From Clostridia bacterium (lineage in GTDB: Bacteria; Bacillota; Clostridia; Christensenellales; UBA3700): a DNA stretch of 64,000 nucleotides. This document shows positions 8,815 through 18,556 of this stretch, one piece after another (the stretch's first letter is position 1; the number at the start of each line of letters is the position of its first letter). The notes below the pieces were generated by a model that was not told the origin of the DNA, made no database searches, and was given only the letters and a program-made list of their open reading frames with translations. The stretch lies in NCBI GenBank assembly GCA_029060065.1, contig JAIDUT010000023.1:14342-78341 (forward strand), written 5' to 3'. The position numbers and the translations under genes were made by a program.

Positions 8815-9545
8815 TCTTGCCAATGTGTATAATCGATATACTTCCTATCCAACGCTTTGCTATGTTCTTTGTATAGCGGGTCGAGCGTAGCCAGAAGTCC
8901 GTAAAAGTCTTTGTCATGATGAATATAATAGAAGTGACAAAGTTCGTGCAGTATGACCGAATCAATGAGTTCTATAGGCGCATAAATCAATCTGAAATTT
9001 AGAGTAACTATGCCTTTATTAACGGCGCAAGTTCCCCAAGTAGACACAGCCTTTTTTATTTTTAATTGATAATTATCTGCAAATAAATCCTTATGCAAAA
9101 ATTTCAAATAAGAAAACCTATCGGCGAAAATCTTGTTTGCTTGCGACTTGTACCATTTGTCAAGCAACGCGCGTTTATCTTCGAAGTCCCACAAATCGCG
9201 TACCGTCATAAAGATAAAATCACCCATCTCTTTGACTTCCCGCTTTTGACCTTCTCTCACCATAAGTTGATACTCTTTGCCGAGATACAGGAACTTCTCG
9301 CCTGTCATATATTCATAATTATTTAGCGAAGTTGCGTTTTGCAATATCTTATTTATCGATTGTTTTATCCAATCTATATTTTTAATTACAAACTTCTCTA
9401 CGTCAGTTATTAAAGCCGATAAAGGACATGACACCGTTACTTCGCATTTTGACGTAATTCTCATACGCATATTGCGCATTTTCTTTCTCGTCAAAATATA
9501 ATCTATTTTCTCCTCACCTGCAATTACGCTACGCATTTCGCTCAT
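8811..9545 (-). CDS. DUF45/YgjP-like zinc metallopeptidase (M48 superfamily)
   Basis: 244 aa with a C-terminal HELCHFYYIHH (HExxH) motif in a YgjP-like layout. Confidence 0.75.
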   Translation of the reverse strand: MSEMRSVIAGEEKIDYILTRKKMRNMRMRITSKCEVTVSCPLSALITDVEKFVIKNIDWIKQSINKILQNATSLNNYEYMTGEKFLYLGKEYQLMVREGQKREVKEMGDFIFMTVRDLWDFEDKRALLDKWYKSQANKIFADRFSYLKFLHKDLFADNYQLKIKKAVSTWGTCAVNKGIVTLNFRLIYAPIELIDSVILHELCHFYYIHHDKDFYGLLATLDPLYKEHSKALDRKYIDYTHWQD

Positions 9546-9746
9546 ACTTTGATTGTAGCACTTTGCGCCGATTTTTGCAATTAACTTATACTTTTATAGA
9601 AAAATGCCATTTTCTCCATAATATTTATAGTAAAATACCGTTTTTTAATATTGCTAACGTATAAACGAATATGATATAATATATTATAATAAATATTTTA
9701 TGCTCAATGACAAAGCAATCTTAAAGCATTGAGGCGGAGAACAACA

Positions 9747-12700
9747 ATGGAACAGGAAATGAAAGCTCCAGAAATCAAAGCGCAACGCGATAACAGAGAT
9801 TTCAAACAAACTTATCAAAAAAATACTATCGTAAAAAAGGCTTTATCCAAGTCGGGTCACATATTCAATATATGGGACTTAAAATGCTCTATCAACAAAA
9901 AAGTCGGCGACCTTAAAGCCGAGGTAATCAAGAGCAAAGAACCTATCAAGTGGGAAGATATCGACAAAAGTCAATTCAAGCCTATCAGACAGTGGCAATC
10001 TTGGGGCAAACGCAAAGAATACGCCGACAGTTTTGATTGCGCTTGGTTCCACTTTACGGGACAGGTACCTCAAAAAGCCAAAGGCAAGAGCGTAATCTGT
10101 AGAATAAAGTTGCAAGGCGAAGGTCTTGTATTCAATCCCGACGGTATAGTATTGCAAGGCATCACGCAAGTACTTAGCAAAGGCGATGTATTCCACTCCC
10201 TCATCGCAAAACAACGTATCGATATTACCGACAACTCCACCGGCGACGAAAAGATTGACCTTTACGTCGATGCAGGTTTCAACGGCAAGTTCAGAATTCG
10301 CAAATGTACGGCTCACCTAAGACGTTGCGATATATGTATTCATGATGAAGAGATAAATCAATACTATTACGACTATATCGACCTGTTCTTTATAATGACT
10401 ATCCTCGACAAAGAGAGCGACAGATATAAAGAGATTGACAAAGCCCTTAAGCAAAGCTATAAAATATATAAAAAGCAAGGCGCAAGTTCGGCAAGAGAGT
10501 TCTTGAAACCAATTATAGAAAAAAAGCCTGAGTATGAGGCTACGACTTATTATTGCATAGGTCACGCGCATATCGACCTTGCTTGGCTTTGGCCGATAAG
10601 AGAAACCAAGAGAAAAGTAGCGCGTACGTTTGCCAACCAACTTCGCAACCTTGCGATTTACGACGGATTCTATTTCGCCGAGTCGCAACCTCAAATGTTC
10701 GAGTGGCTCCACGAAGAATATCCCGAACTCTTTGAGAGAGTTAAAAAATACGTACTTGAAGGAAGAATCGAACTTCAAGGCGGTATGTGGGTAGAAAGTG
10801 ATACCAATCTATCGGGTGGAGAGTCTTGGGTAAGACAATGCTTATACGGTCAAAGATATTGGAAAGAAAACTTTGACTTTAAGTCGAGAATGTGTTGGCT
10901 CCCCGACGTATTCGGCTTCCCCGCTACTCTTCCGCAAGTACTCAAAAAGAGCGGAATGGACTACTTCATGACAATCAAGCCTACGTCCAATGACTTCAAC
11001 AGATTCCCATACCGCTCGTTTAATTGGAAAGGTCTTGACGGCACGACTTTGCTTTCGCACATGGAACCGCTCGGCGACTACAACGCAGGCAATTCCCCAC
11101 TCGCTATATATAAGTCTGAAGACAGATATTCCGAAAAGGATATATGCGACAAGGCTCTCCTCATTTACGGCGACGGCGACGGCGGTGGCGGTCCGGGTGA
11201 AGGACATCTTGAATATATGATGCGCCATAAGAAGAATATCGACGGTTTAACTCCATGTAAGCCTTCTCCTGCTGTCAACTTCTTCGATGATATTAAAGAT
11301 ATGGCAGATATGTTGCCTACGCACGAAGGCGAACTATATTATGAAAGACACCAAGGTTGTTATACTTCTCAAGCCAACGCAAAGAAATGGAACAGACGTA
11401 TCGAAGAAAAGCTCCACAAGCTCGAATGGTTGGGCGCGGTGGCTTTCCTCAAGGGGATAACCTACGACAGACAAAAGGTTGAAGAGATTTGGAAAGAAGT
11501 ATTGCTATATCAATTCCACGACATACTCCCCGGCTCGTCGATAAAGAGAGTTTATGACGAAGCGTACGCAAGATACAAGATAATGTATGACGAATTGTCC
11601 GAGATAGAAAAGACTATGCTCGAGGCTTTGGCTGACGGCAAGGATACGAGCGCAGTTAATCCCGTAGACTTTGATAGACAGGAATACGTCAAAGTCGGCG
11701 ACGAGTGGTTCTACGCCGACCTCAAGGCGCACTCTATTGGCAAACTTACGCCTGCCGACCTTGATGCAAGCCAGTTTATTTCCAGCGACAACGTAATCGA
11801 GAACGCTAAGCTCAAAGTCACCTTTGGAGCAAACGGTGAGATTATCTCTCTCATCGACAAGCAAGAGAATAAAGAACTCGTAAAGGAATACTTCAACAAA
11901 CTCGTAGTCTACTCCGACCCGTTCAAGTACTACAACGCTTGGGACATCTCTTGGGGCAAAGATAAAGACACCAACTATATGATGATGAAGAAGCACGAGT
12001 TTAAGTTGACGTCTTCCAACACCTATATTGACGGCGCATATCTGGTAAGAGAAAACTCATTTAAGTATCATGATTCCTCGCTCGTACAAAAAATCACTTT
12101 AAGGCTTGACGGCGACGTAGTCGGATTCCACACTACCGTAGATTGGCACGAAGAGCTCAAAATGCTCAGAGCAGATTTCGTACCTACCGTATTCGCTGAC
12201 AACGTCAAGTGCAATATTCAATTCGGCAACTTCGACCGTACAACGAGCGAAGCCGACAAGGACGAAAGCTACAATCCGGATTGGGCGCAATTCGAAGTAT
12301 GCGCGCACAAGTTTGTCAACCTAGACGGCGAGGACTACGGTCTTGCCCTACTCAACAACGGCAAGTACGGTCACAGAGCAAAGAGCGGTTTCCTATCTTT
12401 AGCGCTACTCCGTTCGCCGATATTCCCCGACCCGACTTGCGACAGGGGTACTCACACCTTTAGCTACGCAATCTATCCGCATAAAGCAAAATTCGAGGAT
12501 ACCGACCTTATGGCTAAGGGATACTGCTTTAATAACCCAATCGATGTCATCGAGGAAAATCTCGATATCGACACCCTCGTCAAGTTCGACAGCAAGAATA
12601 TAATAATCGAAACAATAAAGGTAGCCGAGGACGAAAAAGGTATTATCGTAAGAGCTTACGAAAGCCTAGGTCAAGAAGTCAAGTCGACTTTGGATATCAA

Positions 12701-12818
12701 CTTCGACAACTCCTCAATCTACGAATGCGATATGCTTGAGAACAAAGAAAAGTTCGTAAAGGGCAAGACCTTCGACTTCACCCCATACGAAATAAAGACA
12801 ATTTATATCGGCAAGTAA
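9747..12818 (+). CDS. GH38 alpha-mannosidase (cytoplasmic; no signal peptide)
   Basis: The GHAHIDLAWLWP motif, ~1020 aa length and domain order are typical of GH38. The track ORF starts at TTG 9729. ATG 9747 has SD GAGGCGGAG 7 nt upstream and is preferred. Confidence 0.9.
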   Translation: MEQEMKAPEIKAQRDNRDFKQTYQKNTIVKKALSKSGHIFNIWDLKCSINKKVGDLKAEVIKSKEPIKWEDIDKSQFKPIRQWQSWGKRKEYADSFDCAWFHFTGQVPQKAKGKSVICRIKLQGEGLVFNPDGIVLQGITQVLSKGDVFHSLIAKQRIDITDNSTGDEKIDLYVDAGFNGKFRIRKCTAHLRRCDICIHDEEINQYYYDYIDLFFIMTILDKESDRYKEIDKALKQSYKIYKKQGASSAREFLKPIIEKKPEYEATTYYCIGHAHIDLAWLWPIRETKRKVARTFANQLRNLAIYDGFYFAESQPQMFEWLHEEYPELFERVKKYVLEGRIELQGGMWVESDTNLSGGESWVRQCLYGQRYWKENFDFKSRMCWLPDVFGFPATLPQVLKKSGMDYFMTIKPTSNDFNRFPYRSFNWKGLDGTTLLSHMEPLGDYNAGNSPLAIYKSEDRYSEKDICDKALLIYGDGDGGGGPGEGHLEYMMRHKKNIDGLTPCKPSPAVNFFDDIKDMADMLPTHEGELYYERHQGCYTSQANAKKWNRRIEEKLHKLEWLGAVAFLKGITYDRQKVEEIWKEVLLYQFHDILPGSSIKRVYDEAYARYKIMYDELSEIEKTMLEALADGKDTSAVNPVDFDRQEYVKVGDEWFYADLKAHSIGKLTPADLDASQFISSDNVIENAKLKVTFGANGEIISLIDKQENKELVKEYFNKLVVYSDPFKYYNAWDISWGKDKDTNYMMMKKHEFKLTSSNTYIDGAYLVRENSFKYHDSSLVQKITLRLDGDVVGFHTTVDWHEELKMLRADFVPTVFADNVKCNIQFGNFDRTTSEADKDESYNPDWAQFEVCAHKFVNLDGEDYGLALLNNGKYGHRAKSGFLSLALLRSPIFPDPTCDRGTHTFSYAIYPHKAKFEDTDLMAKGYCFNNPIDVIEENLDIDTLVKFDSKNIIIETIKVAEDEKGIIVRAYESLGQEVKSTLDINFDNSSIYECDMLENKEKFVKGKTFDFTPYEIKTIYIGK

Positions 12819-12841
12819 AAAAATATTTAATATCAAACTAA

Positions 12842-12868
12842 AACGCAAGCAGATTCGCTTGCGTTTTA
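12842..12868. terminator. bidirectional hairpin terminator between GH38 and XRE genes
   Basis: AACGCAAGC-AGATTC-GCTTGCGTT flanked by A-rich and T-rich tracts. Confidence 0.6.
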
Positions 12869-12888
12869 ATCATTTTATAACTTAGTTT

Positions 12889-13101
12889 TCATATTTCTGA
12901 AAGTCCCAACAAATAGTCGGCTGAAACGTTAAGAATTTTGCATACCTTAATTAGTTTATCATAATCAAGTTGATACCTACCGCTCTCGTAGGTCTGATAT
13001 TGTTGCAAGACTATGCCGAGCATCTCGCTCACTTGCCTTTGAGTGAGTTTGTTTGCCTTCCTACTCTCTTTCAATCTTTTCCCGACTTCAACGTTAATCA
13101 T
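12889..13101 (-). CDS. XRE-family helix-turn-helix transcriptional regulator
   Basis: LTQRQVSEMLGIVLQQYQTYESG is a Cro/C1-type HTH. The track ORF begins at GTG 13155, but that extension overlaps the divergent promoter. ATG 13101 (MINVEVGKRLK...) gives a typical 70-aa XRE protein. Start uncertain. Confidence 0.75.
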   Translation of the reverse strand: MINVEVGKRLKESRKANKLTQRQVSEMLGIVLQQYQTYESGRYQLDYDKLIKVCKILNVSADYLLGLSEI

Positions 13102-13134
13102 AAAATCATTGTAGTATAAAACACTGTATTTTTC

Positions 13135-13163
13135 TTGACTTACAGTGTTTTGCACTGTATAAT
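13135..13163 (+). promoter_or_regulatory. promoter of zinc-ribbon membrane gene with palindromic operator in the spacer
   Basis: TTGACT, a 17-nt spacer, then TATAAT. The spacer is ACAGTG-TTTTG-CACTGT (13142-13158). A third half-site CACTGT lies at 13122-13127. Confidence 0.55.
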
Positions 13164-13231
13164 TAGTATAAATTAAAATAATAAATTAAATACAACAACC
13201 GATTTTTGTTTGTTGTACTAAGGAGGAACTT

Positions 13232-14623
13232 ATGGAATGTTATCACTGCGGACAGGAAAACGACGAAGAAGCAATCTACTGCAAACAATGCGGAATGCGC
13301 GTTGACGGCAAAGTCGAATGTCCTTCATGCAACAAACTTATTGACAGCGATTCGCAATTTTGCGGATATTGCGGACACAACTTAGAGGAAAGCTACGCCA
13401 GTGAGGACGACGAAGAAAATACAACTGAGGAGGAAAGTTGTGCGCCAACGAAAATCTTATCCGTTTTTAAGCCGAATTTGAAAAAAGCCAATGAAATCTG
13501 TATCGGCGCTTTTTCTATGTCAACTGTTTTCTTTTCGCTGTTATTCGTATTCTTCGTTGGAATAAAAAGCTATGCAACAAATATTACGGATTCTGATGCA
13601 TATTTGAATACAAACACAAACATAAATTTATTTTATTACCTAGGCGAATGTTATTCGCGCTTAGCCACGTTGGACGAAACTTATCCGTCATACTTCATTG
13701 CTAATTATAAATTTATTTCAATAATGGGCACAATTTTGTCGATAGCAATTATAACAACTGTGCTCGTTTTCTCGATTATATCAGTCGTAAGATACGTAAA
13801 TAATTGCACAGGCAGGTCTGCAAAATCTTACTCAACTCCGGTTCTTGCGACATATGTGTCTTTCGTAATGGGCGTAACGCTTTTCTATGCCTTTAACGCT
13901 GTAAGCGGAAATAACGGATTAATGAAAATGAGCGTTAAACTCAATGAATACACAGTAGCAGGCATAGCTCTTTCCACAGTATTTATGATACTTGCTACCG
14001 TTTGTAGAACCGCATCGTTAGGCAGATTGCTTTCAGCTCCTCAAAACTTGTACAAATCCTGCTTTACGGTATTAGGTCTTATATTATTTGCTTTTATGGC
14101 GTTGCTTGCCGCCTCCCCGTCTATTGTTATGTCTAACGCTAACAATAGTGCATCGTGCAATTTCTTCTATGCAATGACGTTACTAGTTACCGTAGCGATG
14201 GCCAATGATAAATCTGACGCTAGGGAAATTATAAGTTCAGGTATATCATCTTCTGATAATAACGGCGTACCTATGGAAATTTATTCTCAACTCGTAGTGT
14301 CATTACTAATACAAATAGCAATGATAGTCATTATAATCTTAACTATTGCTGTTCTACTGAAAAACCTATCCCACAAAGATAAACAGAGCATCGGCACAAA
14401 CTTGGTAGTAAGTATCATTATTAGCGTGTTATCAATCGTATTTTTAATCGTCACAACCAATGCTGGGAAACAACTAATTGATTACTTTGACAACGATTCT
14501 ACAGAAATTTCTTTCAACACCACAGCTCTTGTTATTCTAGTTATCGTTTGCGTGATTAATTTAGCTATACAAATTATTCATACAGTAATCAACTCAAGAA
14601 TAAAACAACAGCAACTGAAATAA
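13232..14623 (+). CDS. double zinc-ribbon, polytopic membrane protein of unknown function
   Basis: 463 aa. The N-terminus has CxxC pairs (CYHCG...CKQCG...CPSCN...CGYCG), followed by many hydrophobic helices. SD AAGGAGG present. Confidence 0.7.
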   Translation: MECYHCGQENDEEAIYCKQCGMRVDGKVECPSCNKLIDSDSQFCGYCGHNLEESYASEDDEENTTEEESCAPTKILSVFKPNLKKANEICIGAFSMSTVFFSLLFVFFVGIKSYATNITDSDAYLNTNTNINLFYYLGECYSRLATLDETYPSYFIANYKFISIMGTILSIAIITTVLVFSIISVVRYVNNCTGRSAKSYSTPVLATYVSFVMGVTLFYAFNAVSGNNGLMKMSVKLNEYTVAGIALSTVFMILATVCRTASLGRLLSAPQNLYKSCFTVLGLILFAFMALLAASPSIVMSNANNSASCNFFYAMTLLVTVAMANDKSDAREIISSGISSSDNNGVPMEIYSQLVVSLLIQIAMIVIIILTIAVLLKNLSHKDKQSIGTNLVVSIIISVLSIVFLIVTTNAGKQLIDYFDNDSTEISFNTTALVILVIVCVINLAIQIIHTVINSRIKQQQLK

Positions 14624-14646
14624 TTCACTTGTTAATAAAAAAAAAC

Positions 14647-14676
14647 ACGACGCTCCGCAAGAGCGTCGTATTTTTT
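14647..14676. terminator. bidirectional Rho-independent terminator (zinc-ribbon gene / iolG)
   Basis: ACGACGCTC-CGCAA-GAGCGTCGT, with A9 upstream and T6 downstream. Confidence 0.8.
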
Positions 14677-14701
14677 AATCAGTAACTTTCTTATTATATA
14701 C

Positions 14702-15715
14702 TTATTTACAAATCTCGCTAAGTTTTACAGGTCTGCCCTCGTCGAGCGACTTCTTAGCCGCCATACCGATAACAACTGCTTGCAAGCCGTCCTCTATGCT
14801 GACGGGCACTTGCTTATCATTTACGATACAGTCGATAAATTGACTGATTTCATTGACGTACGCCTGCATATATCTCTCGAGGAAGAAGAGCAAAGGCTTC
14901 TCTGCCGTTACGCCGTCGCCGTTGGAGATAACTGCATTGGATTGACAATCGTTGGAGATAGCCACTTGACCGAGCTCGCCGAATGCTTCAGCTCTTTGGT
15001 CGTAACCGTACGTAGCTCTACGGCAGTTATCAATTACTGCCAAAGCTCCGCTCTTTAATCTTAACGTAATTACTGCTGTGTCTATATCGCCCGCTTCGCC
15101 TATAGCCTTGTCTACCATAACCCCGCCCATAGCGAATACGCTTTCTACTTCTTCGCCGGACAAGTATCTAACCATATCAAAGTCGTGAATAGTCATATCG
15201 AGGAAGATACCTCCGCTAACCTTTATGTAAGATACCGGTGGAGCGCCTGGGTCGCGAGAACAAATCTTAAGCACGTTAAGCGCGCCGATTTTACCTTGCT
15301 TTACAGCCTCTCTGACAGCCATAAAGTTGTGGTCGAAACGACGGTTGAAGCCCACTTGATATTTAACCTTGCTACTTTGCAAAGCCTTCTTGACTTCATT
15401 AATCTTAGCAATATCGTGGTCAACAGGCTTTTCGCAGAACACGTGCTTACCCGCCTTGATAGCCTCAATGGATATCGGAGCGTGCGTATCGGTAGACGAG
15501 CAAATAAGTACGGCGTCGATACTCTTATCGCTAAGTATATCGTGATAGTCTTTCGTCGTCTTTTCTACACCCATATCCTTGAGCCACTTCTCAGTTTCTT
15601 CATTCATAAACGGGTCTGCAACGCACTTTACTGTCGCGCCCTTTACGTAACACATAATAGATTCGCAGTGAACTTTACCAATTCTTCCTGCGCCAATAAT
15701 TCCTATATTTATCAT
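14702..15715 (-). CDS. iolG: inositol 2-dehydrogenase (Gfo/Idh/MocA family)
   Basis: 337 aa. Rossmann motif GIIGAGRIG and an EKP motif. Sits at the end of the iol gene string. Confidence 0.85.
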   Translation of the reverse strand: MINIGIIGAGRIGKVHCESIMCYVKGATVKCVADPFMNEETEKWLKDMGVEKTTKDYHDILSDKSIDAVLICSSTDTHAPISIEAIKAGKHVFCEKPVDHDIAKINEVKKALQSSKVKYQVGFNRRFDHNFMAVREAVKQGKIGALNVLKICSRDPGAPPVSYIKVSGGIFLDMTIHDFDMVRYLSGEEVESVFAMGGVMVDKAIGEAGDIDTAVITLRLKSGALAVIDNCRRATYGYDQRAEAFGELGQVAISNDCQSNAVISNGDGVTAEKPLLFFLERYMQAYVNEISQFIDCIVNDKQVPVSIEDGLQAVVIGMAAKKSLDEGRPVKLSEICK

Positions 15716-15740
15716 TTTATTATACCTCTATAAAATTTCT

Positions 15741-15915
15741 TTTTTGTCAGTTGAGATTTGACTACGCTTCGTAGCGAAAGGACAATCCCCTCAGTCGCCT
15801 AACGGCGACAGCTCCCCTTATAAGGGGCGCTTTTCAATCAGTGGAGATTTCTCCATTACGCTACGCTCCAGTCGAAATGACAGAACTCTTCACTGTGCTT
15901 CGGCTGATATATACG
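15741..15915 (-). repeat. train of short GC-rich hairpins in the iolA-iolG spacer
   Basis: Hairpins at 15762-15774 (CTACG/CGTAG), 15794-15809 (GTCGCC-TAAC-GGCGAC), 15814-15827 (CCCCTTATAAGGGG) and 15842-15855 (TGGAG-ATTT-CTCCA). No ORF. Confidence 0.5.
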
Positions 15916-16087
15916 AGCACCGTTCGGCGAGAAGGGAGATAGGCAAAAAATAAAATAGCGGATTTTTTGTCAAGATAGTCTTTGGCGAGGGGCGTCGTAC
16001 TTTATGTACGTCGCCGTGAGCCAAGGGCTGTATTGGCGGAAAAGACGCATTTTAGATTTGCCTAGCCTACCTTTGAGTCGAACATAA
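15915..16087 (-). repeat. Copy 2 of the stop-codon-adjacent intergenic module
   Basis: Box A at 16028-16061, hairpin at 15991-16015 (GGCGTCGTAC-TTTAT-GTACGTCGCC) and box B at 15923-15943. Begins directly after the iolA stop (16088). Confidence 0.6.
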
Positions 16088-17596
16088 TTAGATTGTGCCG
16101 TCCCAGGTACTAACTTTCGTCGACTTAGCCTCATGCTCGTCGAACCAGTGCGTCGTAACCGTCTTGCTGTCAGTATAGAACTTGAACGAATCTCTGCCGA
16201 GGCAGTGCAAATCGCCGAAGAATGAATATTTGTGACCCGTAAAGGAGAAAACGCCTACAGGTACAGGGATACCTACGTTGACGCCTACCATACCGCCGTG
16301 GGTATAGCGAACGAACTCTCTTGCATAGTAACCGTTCTGCGTATAAATTACCGAACCGTTGGCAAACGGATTAGCATTCATTACTTCCAAGCCTTCTTCG
16401 AAATTCTTTACTCTCTTGATACAAAGTACAGGCCCGAAGATTTCTCTCTGTCCTACCGTCATTTCTTTGCCGACGTTGTCGAGAATAGTAGGTCCGAGAT
16501 AGAAGCCATTCTCAAAGCCTTTGACCTTGGTATTTCTACCATCAAGCACTACCTTAGCGCCCTCGTCAATACCCTTTTGTATCCAAGCCTCAACGCTCTT
16601 TTTATGTTCCGCGCTGTATACGGGACCGAGATTGGTAGTCTTGTCGTAAGCAGGTCCGACTTTAATATTCTTTGCCAAAGATACGAGTTTTTCTACAAGT
16701 TTATCCGCAATGCTCTCTTGAGCGACTACTACAGGCAATGCCATACATCTCTCGCCTGCGCAACCGTAGGAAGCGTTGATAATACCAGCGGCGGTTCTGT
16801 CCAAAGCCGCGTCCTCAAGCACTAGCGCGTGGTTCTTTGCCTCGCAAAGACATTGTACTCTCTTGCCGTATTTAGCCGCAGTTTCGTAAATATATCTGCC
16901 TACGGTCGTAGAGCCTACGAAGGTGATACCAACAACCTTGTCGTTGGAAATAAGCTCTTGCGTATCGTTACGGTCACAGCTTACTATATTGAGTACGCCG
17001 TCGGGAAGTCCTGCTTCTTTATAAAGTTCTGCAATTCTCAAAGACGTCATTGGCGTAGCGCCTGCTACTTTGAGTACGATTGCGTTACCGCAAGCTATAC
17101 ATACGGGAGCCATCCAGCCCATAGGTATCATTGCCGGGAAATTGAAAGGCGCGATACCTACGAATACGCCCATAGACTCTCTATAGAGTACCGTGTCGTA
17201 ACCCGTAGATGCGTCCATAAGGCTTTCGCCTTGCAAAAGCGACGGCATTGAGCAAGCAAGTTCCGTACCCTCTTTTGCCTTGAGAATATCGCCTTTGCTC
17301 TCTTCCCAGTTCTTGCCGTGTTCGGTAGCGCAAAGCTCGGTAAGCTCGTCCATGTGCTCAATGAGCAAATCTCTCACTTTATATAGTATCTGCACTCTCT
17401 TAATTACAGGTACTTTCGACCACTTCTTGTAAGCCTCGTGAGCATTGTTTATAACCTTGCTCACTTCTGCCGTCGTACAACGTGGCATTTGAGCAATTTG
17501 CTCGCCCGTAGACGGATTGAATACCGGATAAAACTTATCCGTTGTTGATTGAACAAACTCGTTGTTGGTAAAATATCCGAGTGTCTTAATTGCCAT
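16088..17596 (-). CDS. iolA: CoA-acylating methylmalonate-semialdehyde dehydrogenase
   Basis: 502 aa aldehyde dehydrogenase with a catalytic-Cys region (GERCMA), in iol context. Confidence 0.9.
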   Translation of the reverse strand: MAIKTLGYFTNNEFVQSTTDKFYPVFNPSTGEQIAQMPRCTTAEVSKVINNAHEAYKKWSKVPVIKRVQILYKVRDLLIEHMDELTELCATEHGKNWEESKGDILKAKEGTELACSMPSLLQGESLMDASTGYDTVLYRESMGVFVGIAPFNFPAMIPMGWMAPVCIACGNAIVLKVAGATPMTSLRIAELYKEAGLPDGVLNIVSCDRNDTQELISNDKVVGITFVGSTTVGRYIYETAAKYGKRVQCLCEAKNHALVLEDAALDRTAAGIINASYGCAGERCMALPVVVAQESIADKLVEKLVSLAKNIKVGPAYDKTTNLGPVYSAEHKKSVEAWIQKGIDEGAKVVLDGRNTKVKGFENGFYLGPTILDNVGKEMTVGQREIFGPVLCIKRVKNFEEGLEVMNANPFANGSVIYTQNGYYAREFVRYTHGGMVGVNVGIPVPVGVFSFTGHKYSFFGDLHCLGRDSFKFYTDSKTVTTHWFDEHEAKSTKVSTWDGTI

Positions 17597-17628
17597 TTTA
17601 TATCCTCCTAATTGTCAACTGTATTTAA

Positions 17629-18522
17629 TTAAATTTTTGCTAAGTCTTTTATGTATTTTCTCGACTTAATAGCGTACTCAAGCGGATTTGCTTTGGCAGG
17701 GTCTTGCTCAGCCTCGACTATCATCCAACCTTGGTAATTTGCTTTGTCAAGTATCTCGAATATCGGAGCAAAGTCTATACTGCCGTCGCCGGGTACAGTA
17801 AACGCGCCTTCGCGTACGCCCTGCAAGAAAGAGAGTTTTTGCTCTTTGACTTTCTTAACGACCTCGGGACGAATATCCTTGAGGTGCACGTGCTTCACTC
17901 TATCCGCATACTTCTTAAGCACAGCCAAATAATCTTGATTGCAATACGCAAGGTGTCCGCTGTCGAATAGCAAAGAGAACTTATCTTTATCAGTCATTTC
18001 CATCATTCTATCGACTTCTTCAGCCGTCTGTACGACGGTTCCCATGTGGTGGTGATATACCAAAGATATTCCCATAGAATTGGCAATCTCGCCAAGTCTG
18101 TTCATACCATTTGCGAACTTCTCCCACTCCTTGTCGTTCATCACGTACTTACAGTCAAACACGGGAGTGTTCATTTGCCCCTGTATACTATAGCTTTGCT
18201 CCGAAGCGCCTATACGCTTTGCCCCCATAGCTTTTAAGAAATTGCATTGAGCAATAAAATCCTTTTCTACTTCTTCCATAGGCTTAGTGAGCACGAAAGA
18301 GGAAAACCATTGATTGGCTATACTCAAACCTCTCATATCCAAAGCCTTCTTAAGCTTAGCCGTATCCTTAGGATACTTATTGCCCACTTCACAACCTTCA
18401 AAGCCTGCTAGAGCCATTTCGCTAACGCACTGTTCAAAGGTATTTTCAGCTCCCAAATCGGGCATATCGTCGTTAGTCCACGCTATAGGAGCAATACCAA
18501 GTTTAACGTTTTTCTTGTCCAT
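17629..18522 (-). CDS. iolE: myo-inosose-2 dehydratase
   Basis: 297 aa xylose-isomerase-like TIM barrel. The N-terminus [18 protein letters not shown] is typical of IolE. Confidence 0.9.
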   Translation of the reverse strand: MDKKNVKLGIAPIAWTNDDMPDLGAENTFEQCVSEMALAGFEGCEVGNKYPKDTAKLKKALDMRGLSIANQWFSSFVLTKPMEEVEKDFIAQCNFLKAMGAKRIGASEQSYSIQGQMNTPVFDCKYVMNDKEWEKFANGMNRLGEIANSMGISLVYHHHMGTVVQTAEEVDRMMEMTDKDKFSLLFDSGHLAYCNQDYLAVLKKYADRVKHVHLKDIRPEVVKKVKEQKLSFLQGVREGAFTVPGDGSIDFAPIFEILDKANYQGWMIVEAEQDPAKANPLEYAIKSRKYIKDLAKI

Positions 18523-18556
18523 AATCCACCTATATGAATTTCAGTTTTTTCTTTTA

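Noticed and set aside
9729-9746. Track ORF starts at non-ATG or far-upstream codons (9729, 13155, 28001, 35311, 37025, 41633, 51589, 55482, 59416, 26407, 50361).
   Set aside because: In each case a downstream ATG or GTG is preceded by a well-spaced SD, and/or the longer form overlaps the upstream gene or promoter. Shorter starts were adopted, though these remain unverified predictions.
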